From a virus: a stretch of 64,000 bases of DNA. The stretch spans positions 600 to 64,599 of IMG/VR virus record IMGVR_UViG_3300023284_001318. One strand, 5' to 3'. Below, piece after piece: positions 31,692 to 42,641 of the stretch. Positions within the stretch are counted from its first letter, which is position 1, and the number at the start of each line of letters is the position of its first letter. The notes under the pieces were generated by a model that was given only the letters and a program-made list of their open reading frames with translations, was not told the origin of the DNA and searched no databases. Both the position numbers and the translations under genes were made by a program.

Positions 31692-31701
31692 AGGAGACCT
31701 A

Positions 31702-32052
31702 ATGAAACGATTTCTAAAATTCATCTTACCGCTAGTCTTTATTGCAGTCATGGCTGTTCCCGCCTGGCCGGCGGCCCTGACATTATCGGAGATTAATCGG
31801 GGTACGTTGGGGCCGCTACGAGTGCAGACGGGCTTTGCGACTACGGCCTCTGCGGATACATTGGCGTTCCCATTTAAGAATGTTCTTTATGTGGGAATGG
31901 TTCCGAGGGTAGCTGCATCAACGGATGATATCCCGTTGGTTTGGTATAGCATTAGTGGTACCACTATTACTATTTATGTCAGTGGTGATGTTAGTGATGG
32001 TGATGCTACGGATGTCAGTGTTCGGATAGATTATTTTATCATCGGGTTCTAA
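31702..32052 (+). CDS. small beta-rich virion protein
   Basis: ORF before the terminator. Confidence 0.5.
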   Translation: MKRFLKFILPLVFIAVMAVPAWPAALTLSEINRGTLGPLRVQTGFATTASADTLAFPFKNVLYVGMVPRVAASTDDIPLVWYSISGTTITIYVSGDVSDGDATDVSVRIDYFIIGF

Positions 32053-32077
32053 CGCCAAGATTGCCCGAGGTCACATA

Positions 32078-32116
32078 AGGGGCGGGGTAAGGGAATCCTT
32101 GCCACGCCCCTTTTTT
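32078..32116 (+). terminator. intrinsic terminator
   Basis: AGGGGCGGGGTAAGG-GAAT-CCTTGCCACGCCCCT followed by a T run. Confidence 0.8.
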
Positions 32117-32385
32117 ATTAGGAGGAGAAAATGGAAGAGAATGTTGAAAGGATTGTTGTATCTTATAACTTAGTTCCCGGAACTCGCAGAGCTAATAACT
32201 GTACTTTCTGTGGTCGTTCGGGAATGGTGTCTAATTATGTAGCTGGTGTATATGTAGTTCAGCTTTGTGAACGATGTACCCAGAATCCTCCCGGAGCGGT
32301 CAAAGTTACCGAAGAAAAACCAGAGACTAAGAAGAAGAAATAATTCAGTCGGTAGTCGAAAGGTTTAAATTAGCGGAGGTATAAA

Positions 32386-32925
32386 GTGGCGAAAACAGAT
32401 ATTTCTCTAAAGGAAGCGCATAATGTTGCCGGGGAATTAGCGCGGCAAACTCGACTATATCTAAAGCTCGAAGAGATCCTTGGGATAGCTTTGCAGGCCG
32501 AATCTGATAAAGAATCTCTTTTAAAAGAGATTGAAACATTACGGACTAATAGAAATAAGGTTAAGGTTGAGTCCGAAAAGTATGTTGGTGAAATTAAAAC
32601 TGAGATAAGAAAGATTGAGGCAGAGTTGGGTGATCTTAAAGCGGTAGGTGAGGTACACAGGAAAGAACGTTTAGAGGTTGCCGCTAAGGATAATAAGTTC
32701 CTAACTGATAAAGCAGGGTCTATGCGCAGAGAAGTTGACGGACTTGTTAAGGAGCGTGACGATATTTTTGCGGAACTTCCTGTAGTCAGAACGGAGGTTG
32801 ATGCTGAAATCAGGAAACATAGGACTTTAGCAGAGCGTGAAAAGAAGAAACTTGATGATGAATTGTCTGATTCTCAGAATAAACTCAGGGTGTTTAAGAC
32901 AAATATTGCAGGGGTGCATGATTAG
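32386..32925 (+). CDS. coiled-coil protein
   Basis: heptad pattern. Confidence 0.6.
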   Translation: MAKTDISLKEAHNVAGELARQTRLYLKLEEILGIALQAESDKESLLKEIETLRTNRNKVKVESEKYVGEIKTEIRKIEAELGDLKAVGEVHRKERLEVAAKDNKFLTDKAGSMRREVDGLVKERDDIFAELPVVRTEVDAEIRKHRTLAEREKKKLDDELSDSQNKLRVFKTNIAGVHD

Positions 32926-32939
32926 GAGAAGGAAAGAAA

Positions 32940-33263
32940 GTGGTTATAAGGACAATGAAAATATCAACATTGATTCTAGCGTTTTTGTTGCTGGCTATCC
33001 CCGCCTGGGGTGCGCCACCCGTTCTTACTTGGACAGATGTCTCGACACTAGAGGACGGCTTTGCAATTGAGCAAAACGGTCCTGGAGGATGGGTAGAGAT
33101 AGGTAGGGTTGGGCCTAATGCTGAGACCTATACTGATAACGCCTCTCCAGATGAGGGCTGTTACCGAGTCGGGTCATTCATAACTCTTAGCGGAGTGGAT
33201 GTGTTTAGCGTATATAGCAACAAAGCCTGCAAGATTAACGGGGTTGTTCTTTTGGTGCAGTAA
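32940..33263 (+). CDS. secreted/virion FN3-like small protein
   Basis: signal peptide; LTWTD....EDGF.IE...W.EIG.V....TYTD....G.YRV. Confidence 0.55.
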   Translation: MVIRTMKISTLILAFLLLAIPAWGAPPVLTWTDVSTLEDGFAIEQNGPGGWVEIGRVGPNAETYTDNASPDEGCYRVGSFITLSGVDVFSVYSNKACKINGVVLLVQ

Positions 33264-33272
33264 GGAAGAGAG

Positions 33273-33677
33273 ATGGCCCTTGCCCTTCGCAAAGCAACGA
33301 TAATGGGATTCCACAGTGTGGCTTATTTTACAACCCCCGATGGGATTGGTGATCGGGTAGTTGTCTCGTCAGAACAATATAAAAGGGTTCAACAAGTTGC
33401 CTCTTCTATTCGCCCTAGAGGAAATTCTAGGATAATTGGAGCAGCAACATTAGCCTTTTACGATACTTCTGACGGGTTTCTCCAACCTGGCGATTATACT
33501 CTTGCCGGTGATTCTTTAGTAATACAACGAGAGTTTACGCCAAGAAGTAGGGGCCGAATGTTTTGGTTAGATAGGAGTGAATGGAGCGGTAATCCAGATA
33601 ATCCAAGGACGCTTAGAGCCAACACGATAACGGTGAATGGAGAACCTATTGTAGTTAAGAACGGAGTGCTTCAGTAA
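33273..33677 (+). CDS. hypothetical protein
   Basis: ORF. Confidence 0.55.
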   Translation: MALALRKATIMGFHSVAYFTTPDGIGDRVVVSSEQYKRVQQVASSIRPRGNSRIIGAATLAFYDTSDGFLQPGDYTLAGDSLVIQREFTPRSRGRMFWLDRSEWSGNPDNPRTLRANTITVNGEPIVVKNGVLQ

Positions 33678-34408
33678 TGGCTTTCTCTTTTGATGTAGGG
33701 CCACATTTCAATATTGCCGGCCCTAATATTACTTCTGTAGCCGTTACAAGCGTGGTGGTGTCAGCTGGCGCAAGTGCTGTATTCGCCGGTCTTGATTGGA
33801 ATAACCCTACTGAGCTTACCCCTTCGTCTGTTCAATGGGATGTTGCAGGTGTAGATGAAGCACTTGCACCACAGATTACGTCGGCCTTTGAAGGAACATC
33901 AGACTATCAAACTGCGATCTATGGTCGCCTGGCTCCTAAGTCTGGTACTCTAACTATGACGGCCACTTGGAGCTCACAGATTGCTAGAGCATTTATGGGC
34001 GTGATGGGAGTGTCTGGAGGATCAACTTCTTCGCTGTCTAAGACGACAAGCGAAAACGATGGTCAAAGCGAGGGTCAAAACGAACCCAAGATTGACATTA
34101 CAACTCAGGTAAATGCCTCTGTGATTCTCGCCAATTTTGGTCATAGACACGATGCTCTAAGTTCGCCGGATGTAGGAACAGAGTTTTACGACCACGATGC
34201 AACCGATAACGATGCTCATGCGGGATCATACCTAGAGAAAGCAACATTAGGAGCGCAGACAATGGCCTGGACGCTAGGGACTGCACCGAGTGATGCTAGA
34301 TGGGTGGCCACGGCTATTGAGTATGAGATTCTTGTTCCCATTCAGACATTAGCACCAACACAATCACAGATGAACTCAGGCGGCATGGTTGGAAGGGTTT
34401 ATATATAA
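33677..34408 (+). CDS. beta-sandwich virion protein
   Basis: Ser/Thr/Ala-rich beta-strand pattern. Confidence 0.55.
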   Translation: MAFSFDVGPHFNIAGPNITSVAVTSVVVSAGASAVFAGLDWNNPTELTPSSVQWDVAGVDEALAPQITSAFEGTSDYQTAIYGRLAPKSGTLTMTATWSSQIARAFMGVMGVSGGSTSSLSKTTSENDGQSEGQNEPKIDITTQVNASVILANFGHRHDALSSPDVGTEFYDHDATDNDAHAGSYLEKATLGAQTMAWTLGTAPSDARWVATAIEYEILVPIQTLAPTQSQMNSGGMVGRVYI

Positions 34409-36108
34409 TGGCAGCAACCCTACCCACAAGTGACGTAGATGTATCCCTACCGTGGACTCTAGGAAGTCCACCGGGGTCGGTCATCAACGTAGATGCCGAC
34501 CATGGAGCTAATTTTCAGACTGCTATTAATAACGTCAGTCCTGGGGATGAGATTGAGTTGACTGCGGGTCAGACGTACACGGGGACATTTGCTATCGAAG
34601 ACACCACAGCAGACGGAACAGACTGGATCATTATTCGCACCAGTGCCCACGCTTCTCTGCCGGCTTTGGGAGACTCAAGGGTCCATCCGTCTGATGCCTC
34701 AAACATGGCAAAGATTGAAACCAACTCTATTGGGAGTACCCCGCTTTTTAGAGTTGATCTTGCCGCAAAAAAGGTTCGCTTTGTTGGAATAGAGTTTTCA
34801 AACACCAACACAGGTACTACTGATCGTGGGAGCCAACTGCTGATAGTTGGTAGAAATAGTGGCGGCGGTAGTCCAACTCTGGAGAGCGACTTGGCTGATG
34901 GGATTATCGTTGATCGGTGTTACATGCACGGAACTACCGTGGGAAGTCAACGAGAAGGGATACTTGTCAACGCTAAAAACTTTGCCGTTATTCACTCTTA
35001 CATTGACGACATACACGACAACAAAGGAGTTGGAAATGACGTTCAATGTGTGTTCCTGAACTTGGGCAGTGGCCCTCATCTAATTGATAACAACGAACTA
35101 CGGGGCAGTGATGAGCCAATTATGATGGGTGACAATCCCGTGTTAAGTGGTACAGCGTGGAAGATTCCTTCTAATGCGACCATAACCAGAAACTATATAC
35201 ACATTCCCACGGATGCTTATTTTGATACATTTCGCGCCAAGAATCTTATGGAGTTCAAAGACTGCTTTCAGGTTTTAGTCGAAGGAAACTGGTTTGAGCG
35301 AATGAGTGATGTTGCCGCTCAAGACGGTTCTATTGTATTGCCTGGTAGTACGCGGGGTGATGGGGATAGAACCGACGATATTACTATTCGATATAATGTT
35401 TTTGAGAACGCCCATAAGGGGCCAAAATTCAATCCAGCAGACTCCAACACTTCAATCCTTCGTATGGATTTTCACGATAATTTACTTATCGGAATACGAG
35501 ATTATCACTTCTCGATTAGTGCTGGAGGGACTGGAAGCGTAAACGAGGACTACAATATTACTCATAACACCTGCATGGGGGTAGGTGCTGGTGACATGCT
35601 TAATCGTGTTCTCTTTTGGCTCTCTTTAGTTGCTGCAAACGATGGTTTCATTTTCATGGATAATATTTGTCAAGATAAGTCAACGGCTGGTGCAAACGAA
35701 GGAATGTGGATGAGTGGTAAACAGTCCGGCTTTGACTCATTTAGCAACGCTACAAGCGGAACAAGCGAAGTGAACAATAACATCATAATAGATAGTCGCG
35801 GCGCTGTTGTGTGGGAGAACAACACAAACTTTGGCGACAGGGCAGATTTTGGTCATAGGCTTATTCAGATTGCTGCGGTCAATTTCGCAGGTGGCTCCAC
35901 GCCTGCCACCGTAGCAGACCATGCACTCACAGCAGGAAGTCAATACTCATCTACCGGAGCAGATCCAGCCACAGATGGCAAAGACATGGGCGCGGACATT
36001 GCGACTCTACTTACAAAGATAGACGGAGCAAAGAGCGGCGTGTGGGCGGCTACTATTGTTGTCCTCACCGAAGCAGACCTGGAGCCTTTGAGAGGGGTAA
36101 TAGGGTAG
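34408..36108 (+). CDS. right-handed beta-helix (pectin-lyase-like) tailspike/depolymerase
   Basis: repeating I.IDRCY.H, V.HSYI.DI, LIDNNEL, ITRNYI, VLVEGNWF strands. Confidence 0.75.
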   Translation: MAATLPTSDVDVSLPWTLGSPPGSVINVDADHGANFQTAINNVSPGDEIELTAGQTYTGTFAIEDTTADGTDWIIIRTSAHASLPALGDSRVHPSDASNMAKIETNSIGSTPLFRVDLAAKKVRFVGIEFSNTNTGTTDRGSQLLIVGRNSGGGSPTLESDLADGIIVDRCYMHGTTVGSQREGILVNAKNFAVIHSYIDDIHDNKGVGNDVQCVFLNLGSGPHLIDNNELRGSDEPIMMGDNPVLSGTAWKIPSNATITRNYIHIPTDAYFDTFRAKNLMEFKDCFQVLVEGNWFERMSDVAAQDGSIVLPGSTRGDGDRTDDITIRYNVFENAHKGPKFNPADSNTSILRMDFHDNLLIGIRDYHFSISAGGTGSVNEDYNITHNTCMGVGAGDMLNRVLFWLSLVAANDGFIFMDNICQDKSTAGANEGMWMSGKQSGFDSFSNATSGTSEVNNNIIIDSRGAVVWENNTNFGDRADFGHRLIQIAAVNFAGGSTPATVADHALTAGSQYSSTGADPATDGKDMGADIATLLTKIDGAKSGVWAATIVVLTEADLEPLRGVIG

Positions 36109-36761
36109 TCAATGAGTTATGTGAGGCCCACTGATCCGATCTTAGATGGCTGGTATATAATACGTGAAGAGATAGGCAAGTTAAACTTATATCAGATGCC
36201 ATGTAAGTGTGGCGGACCAATCGAGTTGACTAGAGAACAGGTAACAAAACTAAGAGATATTTTCACTGAATATTTAGAGGATTCTCAAAACATAGAGCAA
36301 TTGAAACATGGCAATTGAACACAGCTTAATGACACACGTTCACAATATTGTAATAATATTAGCATCTCTCGTCTTGACGGGGATTCTTTTTAGTCTAGTA
36401 CGAGATATAATTCAATCATTAAGACAACAATGGAAATGGAAACATGGCGAGTGAACACAATTTAATCAATCACCGCCCTTGGTGGCACAGGACTAATAGG
36501 GTACAACGTAATCCCTTTGATCCAGTTGAGCTAACTCAACATCTGGAATGGTGTAGAACTTGTAAGATGGACGTGGATGTCCAGGTTGAAGCTGCAAATG
36601 CTGGAGGCGTAGATGTTTATAGGAAGCGGTGTAAGAGATGTGGGGGTGTGATGCAGCATGGAATAGCTAGAAGATTCGTAACGGCAGAAAATAAAAAACC
36701 GTTACCAAGAAAAGCGTGGGAATTTATTAAACAATTAGGAAGAGATAGGAGGTAAGGTCAA

Positions 36762-37229
36762 ATGGGTAAATATTCGTTGGATGCAAAGGATCACACAACA
36801 CATGCTTCAAGTATTTTTCCTGCATGTGCAATAGTAATGGCAGCGGGTGAAGCTGCAGAGATAGTAGAGATGATAATGAGCGGATCTGGAGTTACGGCGG
36901 CGGCTGATACTCAGCATGACGCTAGAGGCACGCACTCTACCAATGCGGGTGCTGGTACAAGCACGGCTCAGACAGCTAATCTGTGGGATGACAGATCGGC
37001 GGCATCAAACGCAGTAGGCTCTGTGTTGTATACCGCAGTGCCTACAACTGTTGACACCGTTCATGATGTGACCTTTGGGTTTAACCAGCGTGGTGGCATG
37101 AGATGGGCTGTTCCTCGCGGAGAGGGAATCAGGGTCAACGGTGATGACGCGAAACTTGCCTACCGCTGGTCGGTTCTATCGGTCGCCGCCGGTAAGGTGA
37201 ACGGAAATATACATTGGTGGGAACCGTGA
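36762..37229 (+). CDS. virion structural protein (putative)
   Basis: Ala/Thr-rich ORF in the structural module. Confidence 0.5.
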   Translation: MGKYSLDAKDHTTHASSIFPACAIVMAAGEAAEIVEMIMSGSGVTAAADTQHDARGTHSTNAGAGTSTAQTANLWDDRSAASNAVGSVLYTAVPTTVDTVHDVTFGFNQRGGMRWAVPRGEGIRVNGDDAKLAYRWSVLSVAAGKVNGNIHWWEP

Positions 37230-37262
37230 TTTAGCTGTAGCTATTGCTATTGGTGGGGGTAT

Positions 37263-37805
37263 GTGTTATATTATACTGAAATTCATAGGAGGTGTAATAT
37301 GGCACGAGTTCCTGTTGGTCAAAAAGAGTGGGTTTTTAAAGAGTGGGTTTATGTTGATGAGAGAGATCTTTCACTATTATCAAGATTCAAATGGTATCTG
37401 ATGAAAGGGCCGTGGGCTTCATATGCTACAACAAAAATTAAGGGCAAAACGATTTATATGCACCGCTTTTTGCTTAAAGCCCCAAAAAGAAAGCAGGTAG
37501 ATCACATTAATGGTAATGGTCTAGATAACCGACGGTCTAATTTAAGACTTGCGACCGTGTCTGAACAGGCCGCTAATTCCAAGTCCAAAAAGAAAAGGGC
37601 GCCGGTTTGTTCCTCATATAAGGGAGTTAGTTGGCACAACACAAAGACTGGCGGTTGCTGGCGGGCTGAACTGGAACAGAAAACAAAGGGCAAGCGTAAG
37701 CGATATATCAAGTATGCTTCCACACAGGAACAAGCAGCCTTGCTATACAACGCGCTGGCCCTAGAACACTTTGGTGTATTTGCTAAGGTAAACGAGATAA
37801 CATAG
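37263..37805 (+). CDS. HNH homing endonuclease with AP2-like domain
   Basis: QVDHINGNGLDNRRSNLR and SSYKGVSW...QAALLYNALA. Confidence 0.9.
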   Translation: MLYYTEIHRRCNMARVPVGQKEWVFKEWVYVDERDLSLLSRFKWYLMKGPWASYATTKIKGKTIYMHRFLLKAPKRKQVDHINGNGLDNRRSNLRLATVSEQAANSKSKKKRAPVCSSYKGVSWHNTKTGGCWRAELEQKTKGKRKRYIKYASTQEQAALLYNALALEHFGVFAKVNEIT

Positions 37806-37806
37806 T

Positions 37807-38475
37807 GTGGCTGATCTTATTAAAAGGGTGCCATTTGAGCGCCCATCGTTACCGCAAACCGCGCCTCTGGGCAAAGTTCCTCTTGGTCTACTTGAGGTCT
37901 CTGGTTTCTATGCAGCCTGGTCTTCACAAGCTCAATCATTCGTTGCAACACAAAGATATAGAGGTTTTAGTGAGTGGCTTACACAACCTGATAATACTCC
38001 AATTGAGTGGTGGGGGTTCCTTATTAAGGAGGCTCTTTCTGCCCGCCATGTTTCTATCAAGCAACTTGCTAATTCGTTTAGGAGCAGAGATAGAGACAAG
38101 CTATCGTTATATCAACATCTTACTCAACCTGATTTTGCTTGGGTCTCAGAAGCACTCGGCCTCAACTTTGATGTCACTATTGCAGTTGGAGCACGTCAAC
38201 AGTTACTTGACTCGGTTAGGGCTCAAGATAAAAAGCCGGATTATAACCAGCTACTCTATCATCACAAAAGTTTTGCAGTATTATTTACTAAACCCGCAGA
38301 CATCGTTGGCGCGCTTCAACAACTTACTGGTTCATTCAGGACAACCCTGGAGGGTGTTAAATTAGATGTGCGAGGTTATCAATGGGGGCAGGAAATATCA
38401 TATATTGTACCATTAGAGCTTACAGGGAACTTATTCCAGGGCATGACTCAATATCGAGATTCAAGACGAAGATAA
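37807..38475 (+). CDS. virion hypothetical protein
   Basis: 222-aa ORF. Confidence 0.55.
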   Translation: MADLIKRVPFERPSLPQTAPLGKVPLGLLEVSGFYAAWSSQAQSFVATQRYRGFSEWLTQPDNTPIEWWGFLIKEALSARHVSIKQLANSFRSRDRDKLSLYQHLTQPDFAWVSEALGLNFDVTIAVGARQQLLDSVRAQDKKPDYNQLLYHHKSFAVLFTKPADIVGALQQLTGSFRTTLEGVKLDVRGYQWGQEISYIVPLELTGNLFQGMTQYRDSRRR

Positions 38476-38502
38476 CAAGGCGAAGATAATAAGGAGAAAT
38501 CT

Positions 38503-38853
38503 ATGAAATACTTTAAGTGCTTACTATTAATCCTCTTCCTGCTCACCCCACTCGGAGTCCTTGCTGAAGAGTCAGGGACACTTGCAACTGCTAAACTTGG
38601 GACAGGAACCGATAGTGCGAGCACGAATTGCTGTGATATTACAAGGATTATTGCCCATATCATCATAGACGATACGGCAACCGTGCAGATGGGCTGTAGT
38701 CTTGCTTCCCATGGCGGTAATTATGTTGACTTTGGTAGCGGTGAAACATCAACTACCATTGTTGAGACAACTTTTCCCTGCACTAATATTCAAAGTGATG
38801 TAACTGCTCATACGGCGGGGGAAGTAAACGTACACTTTAAGGTCATTCATTAG
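38503..38853 (+). CDS. small virion protein with N-terminal hydrophobic leader
   Basis: ORF with AGGAG RBS. Confidence 0.55.
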   Translation: MKYFKCLLLILFLLTPLGVLAEESGTLATAKLGTGTDSASTNCCDITRIIAHIIIDDTATVQMGCSLASHGGNYVDFGSGETSTTIVETTFPCTNIQSDVTAHTAGEVNVHFKVIH

Positions 38854-38861
38854 GGGGGATT

Positions 38862-39224
38862 ATGGCGCATTGGATAGACTATCTCATAGACCTCGTAAAA
38901 AATTCTCAGGTTGATACCAACCAATCGTCGGTGAACACGGCCCTTACTGTGACCCGTGCTGCTGTGGCAGGTAGGCATCATGTGGTTGTTACGTGTGATG
39001 CTTCTTATTCTTCTAGCTCTGCTTCGGGAGAACTTACAATTCTTTTTGGCACGACTATTATAGCGAGGAAAGACATACATGGGGCGGGAGCTATCTCATT
39101 CGGGATTTTTGGTCATCAAAATCCGACCGTGAACCAACTGGTTGAAGCTCAACTTGCTGCGGGCGGATCTGGAGTAACGGGAAGTATCACGTTCACAACA
39201 TATTCAACGGGGCCTTCGGCGTGA
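38862..39224 (+). CDS. small virion protein
   Basis: ORF. Confidence 0.55.
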   Translation: MAHWIDYLIDLVKNSQVDTNQSSVNTALTVTRAAVAGRHHVVVTCDASYSSSSASGELTILFGTTIIARKDIHGAGAISFGIFGHQNPTVNQLVEAQLAAGGSGVTGSITFTTYSTGPSA

Positions 39225-39871
39225 GTATTCCGTTTATGTGGACAGATTTTATAATATGCTTTTGCAGCATTGCAATTATGACAAAGGACCTGAAGACCTG
39301 GAGGATATTCGTTTGCTTTTAACCAAACATAAAGACGAAATCCTCCGCGATGTGGGGAGAATACCATTGCTTGCTTACGTCCGCCGCCATTTATATGATC
39401 TAAACAGAGGAATTCGTGCGTTGTTTCATTGCAGCAATTACATCTCCATCCTCCGTAAGCTAAAATTGCAGCTTCGCGTAGTCGTAATCGTTGTTCTCTG
39501 TTTCTTTGTTTTTCGTAATCTGGATTTTTTAAAAGAAATCGTACGCGAGCCTTTCTTCTTTGTGTTTTTATACGGTCTGGGTTGTTTTTTCTCCATTCTT
39601 TGGTCATTAGTTTACCTCGTTCAGATTCTCTATAAATTTTCGCTTTCTGGGGATATCGTTCTCTATATCTTTTTGATGCTTCTCGCATCCATTGTTTTAC
39701 TTTTTCGGGATGTCTTTTCTGATATCGTTTTACTTTCTCTCGCATCTTTTCTGGATATTTTAACCAATGTTTACGGTCAGATTCACGTACTCGTTCAGGA
39801 TGTTTTTGACGGTATCTTCGGGTTCTTTCCCGTTGGCTTTCTCTTGCTTTTATTGGGTCTTTGTATGGCAT
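39149..39871 (-). CDS. HNH endonuclease with Arg/Lys-rich helical N-terminus, antisense to the structural operon
   Basis: CNCC...LCLDHINGGG...LQVLCHNCNAAK. Confidence 0.85.
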   Translation of the reverse strand: MPYKDPIKARESQRERTRRYRQKHPERVRESDRKHWLKYPEKMREKVKRYQKRHPEKVKQWMREASKRYRERYPQKAKIYRESERGKLMTKEWRKNNPDRIKTQRRKARVRFLLKNPDYEKQRNREQRLRLREAAILAYGGWRCNCCNETTHEFLCLDHINGGGRKQAMVFSPHRGGFRLYVWLKANEYPPGLQVLCHNCNAAKAYYKICPHKRNTHAEGPVEYVVNVILPVTPDPPAAS

Positions 39872-40042
39872 TATTTTCTTTTCTTATTCCACCACGCACT
39901 CTTGCACCTCGGACATATTCGTACCTCCGGTTGTTTAGGATACCATCTGTGATTACAGCGAAGACATTTAAGATAAGGGATATTAATTCTCATATACTTT
40001 GCAGTATACCGCAAAGTATATTAGTTTGTCAAGGAGCCTAAA

Positions 40043-40969
40043 TTGTCAAATTTCGATGATTCTGTGACTCGAATCCAGGATTTGCTTGGGAACTTCGCGA
40101 GCGCAACCGATGCAGTTGTGGGCCGTTTATATAATAGTAGGCACCGGAATTTATTAGAAAGCCACGAATGGTCTCGTAAAAAGGGCGAGATTATCCTTGC
40201 CCTAGTGGCAGAGGAAAATAGCGGGACGTTCTTGGTAACTAATGCCAGTTCCACGGCCACTATCACGGGTGGAAGTCTTGGGGATGCCGATGTTGGGAAA
40301 TACATTCGTTTTGGTAGTGATAACGATATGTATGTGGTGAAGAGCCGGTCTGGGAGTGATGTGACTCTAGGTGATTTCAACGGGACTACCATAAATTATC
40401 AGGGAACTACAGCTACCGCCGCGACCTATGTGATGTTTACCAGATGGTATTCTTTGGGGACGGCCATTGAATCTATCGTAAGCGTTTTTCACACAAACAA
40501 AATCCACGAAAGAGACCTTGAATTCCTAGATGGACTTGACCCCAGGCGACAATCAACGAGCGATACGCCATTGTATTTTGCTCGTGGTCCTAGGGATCAG
40601 AGTGGCACTAACGACCTTGTGCAGATTGAGTTCTGGCCGAGGGCTAGTTCAACGATTGCCGTGACTGTGGGAATACTCAAGGGGCATACAGATCTGTCCG
40701 GGACTTCGAACCCCATTGTGCCTTCTGGAATCGTAGAGTGGGCGGCGGCGGTCGATGGGTGCTATTTTCTTTTTAGTAAGACGAAGGAACAGAAATGGCT
40801 TCAACTAGCTGGTACTTATAACGGGGAATTGGCAAAGACTAGAGAGCAAGAAATTGCTCTCGATAATAAAAAGTTCGGTCAGTCCTCAGCCATAAAAGAT
40901 ATACATGGCGGTGTAGGATTGGCACACACTGATTTTGCTGTGGACCATGATGTTGGTTTTCATCATTAA
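40043..40969 (+). CDS. head-tail adaptor / tail tubular protein A-like
   Basis: size and position; IEFWPRASSTIAV. Confidence 0.55.
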   Translation: MSNFDDSVTRIQDLLGNFASATDAVVGRLYNSRHRNLLESHEWSRKKGEIILALVAEENSGTFLVTNASSTATITGGSLGDADVGKYIRFGSDNDMYVVKSRSGSDVTLGDFNGTTINYQGTTATAATYVMFTRWYSLGTAIESIVSVFHTNKIHERDLEFLDGLDPRRQSTSDTPLYFARGPRDQSGTNDLVQIEFWPRASSTIAVTVGILKGHTDLSGTSNPIVPSGIVEWAAAVDGCYFLFSKTKEQKWLQLAGTYNGELAKTREQEIALDNKKFGQSSAIKDIHGGVGLAHTDFAVDHDVGFHH

Positions 40970-40980
40970 ACGAGGCACCT

Positions 40981-42264
40981 ATGGCAGCATTTGCAGGCAT
41001 AGATAAAGCAGTCCCCGCCGCCGGCGACGCACTAGGTCTCGGGGATGACGAGATAAGGGCATTAAAGCTCTTTTGGCAGGAAGTGTTCGGCATTCCTGAC
41101 GCCACAACCATTACCAACGAGGCCATGAATATCGCCGCTGATGGCGGTATTGTAATCAACGATACCGCTGCGGATATTGATTTCCGCGTCGAGGGCGATA
41201 ATAACGCCAATATGATTGTGGTGGATGCGGGGCAAGATGCTATCTCATTCGGCGGGGCCAATGTGGATGGGGCGGCGCATACGTTTAATAACTTGCAGCA
41301 AAGGACCTTTATTACTTCGGTTGGTGCTCAGATCCATATTCCAGCATCACAAACAACTGACTTCGACAACGCCAATGGAACTATTGCCATAGGGGCTAAT
41401 GTATTCTTTGGTATCCCAACCACGACCAATGCTAATGCGACCTTAACGATAACCGCTCATGCCAATGTTTATATCGAGGGCATTCCCTTGGATAGTACCA
41501 ACGTCACGGCCACCACGGGGTACGCCCTGTTTATTGACGCAGGACCATCGAGGATAGATGGCGTGTTGTTCATGGATGAAAATGCCAATGCCAACATGGC
41601 TACGGTGGGTATCACCATGCACAACGGCACTGCCACCGATGAGTTCTTTGCCGTCAAGGGCACCAATGTAGCTCACGGCGTTACCGGAACAACCGAGACC
41701 GACACGTTCTTCCTTATGAAACCAATTAACGCTAATGGCGGAATAAGGGTTTTGGGGTTTGAAGACGCTGGGGTCAGCGGCATGATACTAAACGGGGACG
41801 CAGCGGCTCCTGTGACAACTACCGCTACTACCACGGCTGGGGTCATTCGAATAATTGCGGGAACGGGGGGCTCGGGGCTCGGGGACACAGATGCCGGTAT
41901 AACCCTTGAGGACATAGATGGTACGCTTTTTATGATTAGGGGCAACGGCGATCTGCATGGTGTAGATACGTCTATCTCGGCCTTTGATGAATATGATGAC
42001 GTTATGCTTTGTCGTGCTTATGACCTGAGGCGTAGCACCGAGGGTCTTATTAAGGATAAATGGGATGAGTGGGTGACCTATAATGAGGAAACCCTACAAG
42101 AGGCGGGTATCATTGGTCATTATGAGAAAGGCAAAGAAAGGCCGTTGATAAACTTTTCTCAACTTACCCGCCTACACACTGGCGCAATCTGGCAGCTTGG
42201 TAAAAAGATGATGGCTATGGAACAAAAACTACTAGCACTAGAAACTGGTGCACAGGTGCTATAG
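40981..42264 (+). CDS. tail fibre with possible C-terminal intramolecular chaperone
   Basis: Thr/Ala/Asn-rich beta repeats; C-terminal INFSQLT.L..AIWQL coiled coil. Confidence 0.6.
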   Translation: MAAFAGIDKAVPAAGDALGLGDDEIRALKLFWQEVFGIPDATTITNEAMNIAADGGIVINDTAADIDFRVEGDNNANMIVVDAGQDAISFGGANVDGAAHTFNNLQQRTFITSVGAQIHIPASQTTDFDNANGTIAIGANVFFGIPTTTNANATLTITAHANVYIEGIPLDSTNVTATTGYALFIDAGPSRIDGVLFMDENANANMATVGITMHNGTATDEFFAVKGTNVAHGVTGTTETDTFFLMKPINANGGIRVLGFEDAGVSGMILNGDAAAPVTTTATTTAGVIRIIAGTGGSGLGDTDAGITLEDIDGTLFMIRGNGDLHGVDTSISAFDEYDDVMLCRAYDLRRSTEGLIKDKWDEWVTYNEETLQEAGIIGHYEKGKERPLINFSQLTRLHTGAIWQLGKKMMAMEQKLLALETGAQVL

Positions 42265-42641
42265 GAGGCCAAGTAAATGGCAAAGAAAATTGTACTTACT
42301 AATTCCCACGCAACGATTCCGGCTGCAACCGAATACACGCTGGTGGGGTTGTCGATTAATTACGAGTCGGGCACATCGGTAGTTATCTTAAAGGATGACA
42401 ATCTAAGGGGATTCTCGGTAAAGATAAACTCTGTACCCGCTACTACACAGGAGCAAGCCATCTTAGCCCTTATTAACAACGGGGTACTGGCCGGCACAAT
42501 AGGGAACGCATGATTTCAGTAGAGGAATATTCCAACTTGATTTTTACCTTGACTCTAAGGGCTATGAAAGCGGAGGCCAGAGTTAAGGAATTAGAAGAGG
42601 AAAAGAAAGCGCAACAGGAAGCTAAGAAAGATCCAAAGTAA

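Noticed and set aside
39238-40041. 267-aa + strand hydrophobic ORF
   Set aside because: Antisense shadow of the Arg/Lys/Glu-rich HNH gene, which has clear motifs.
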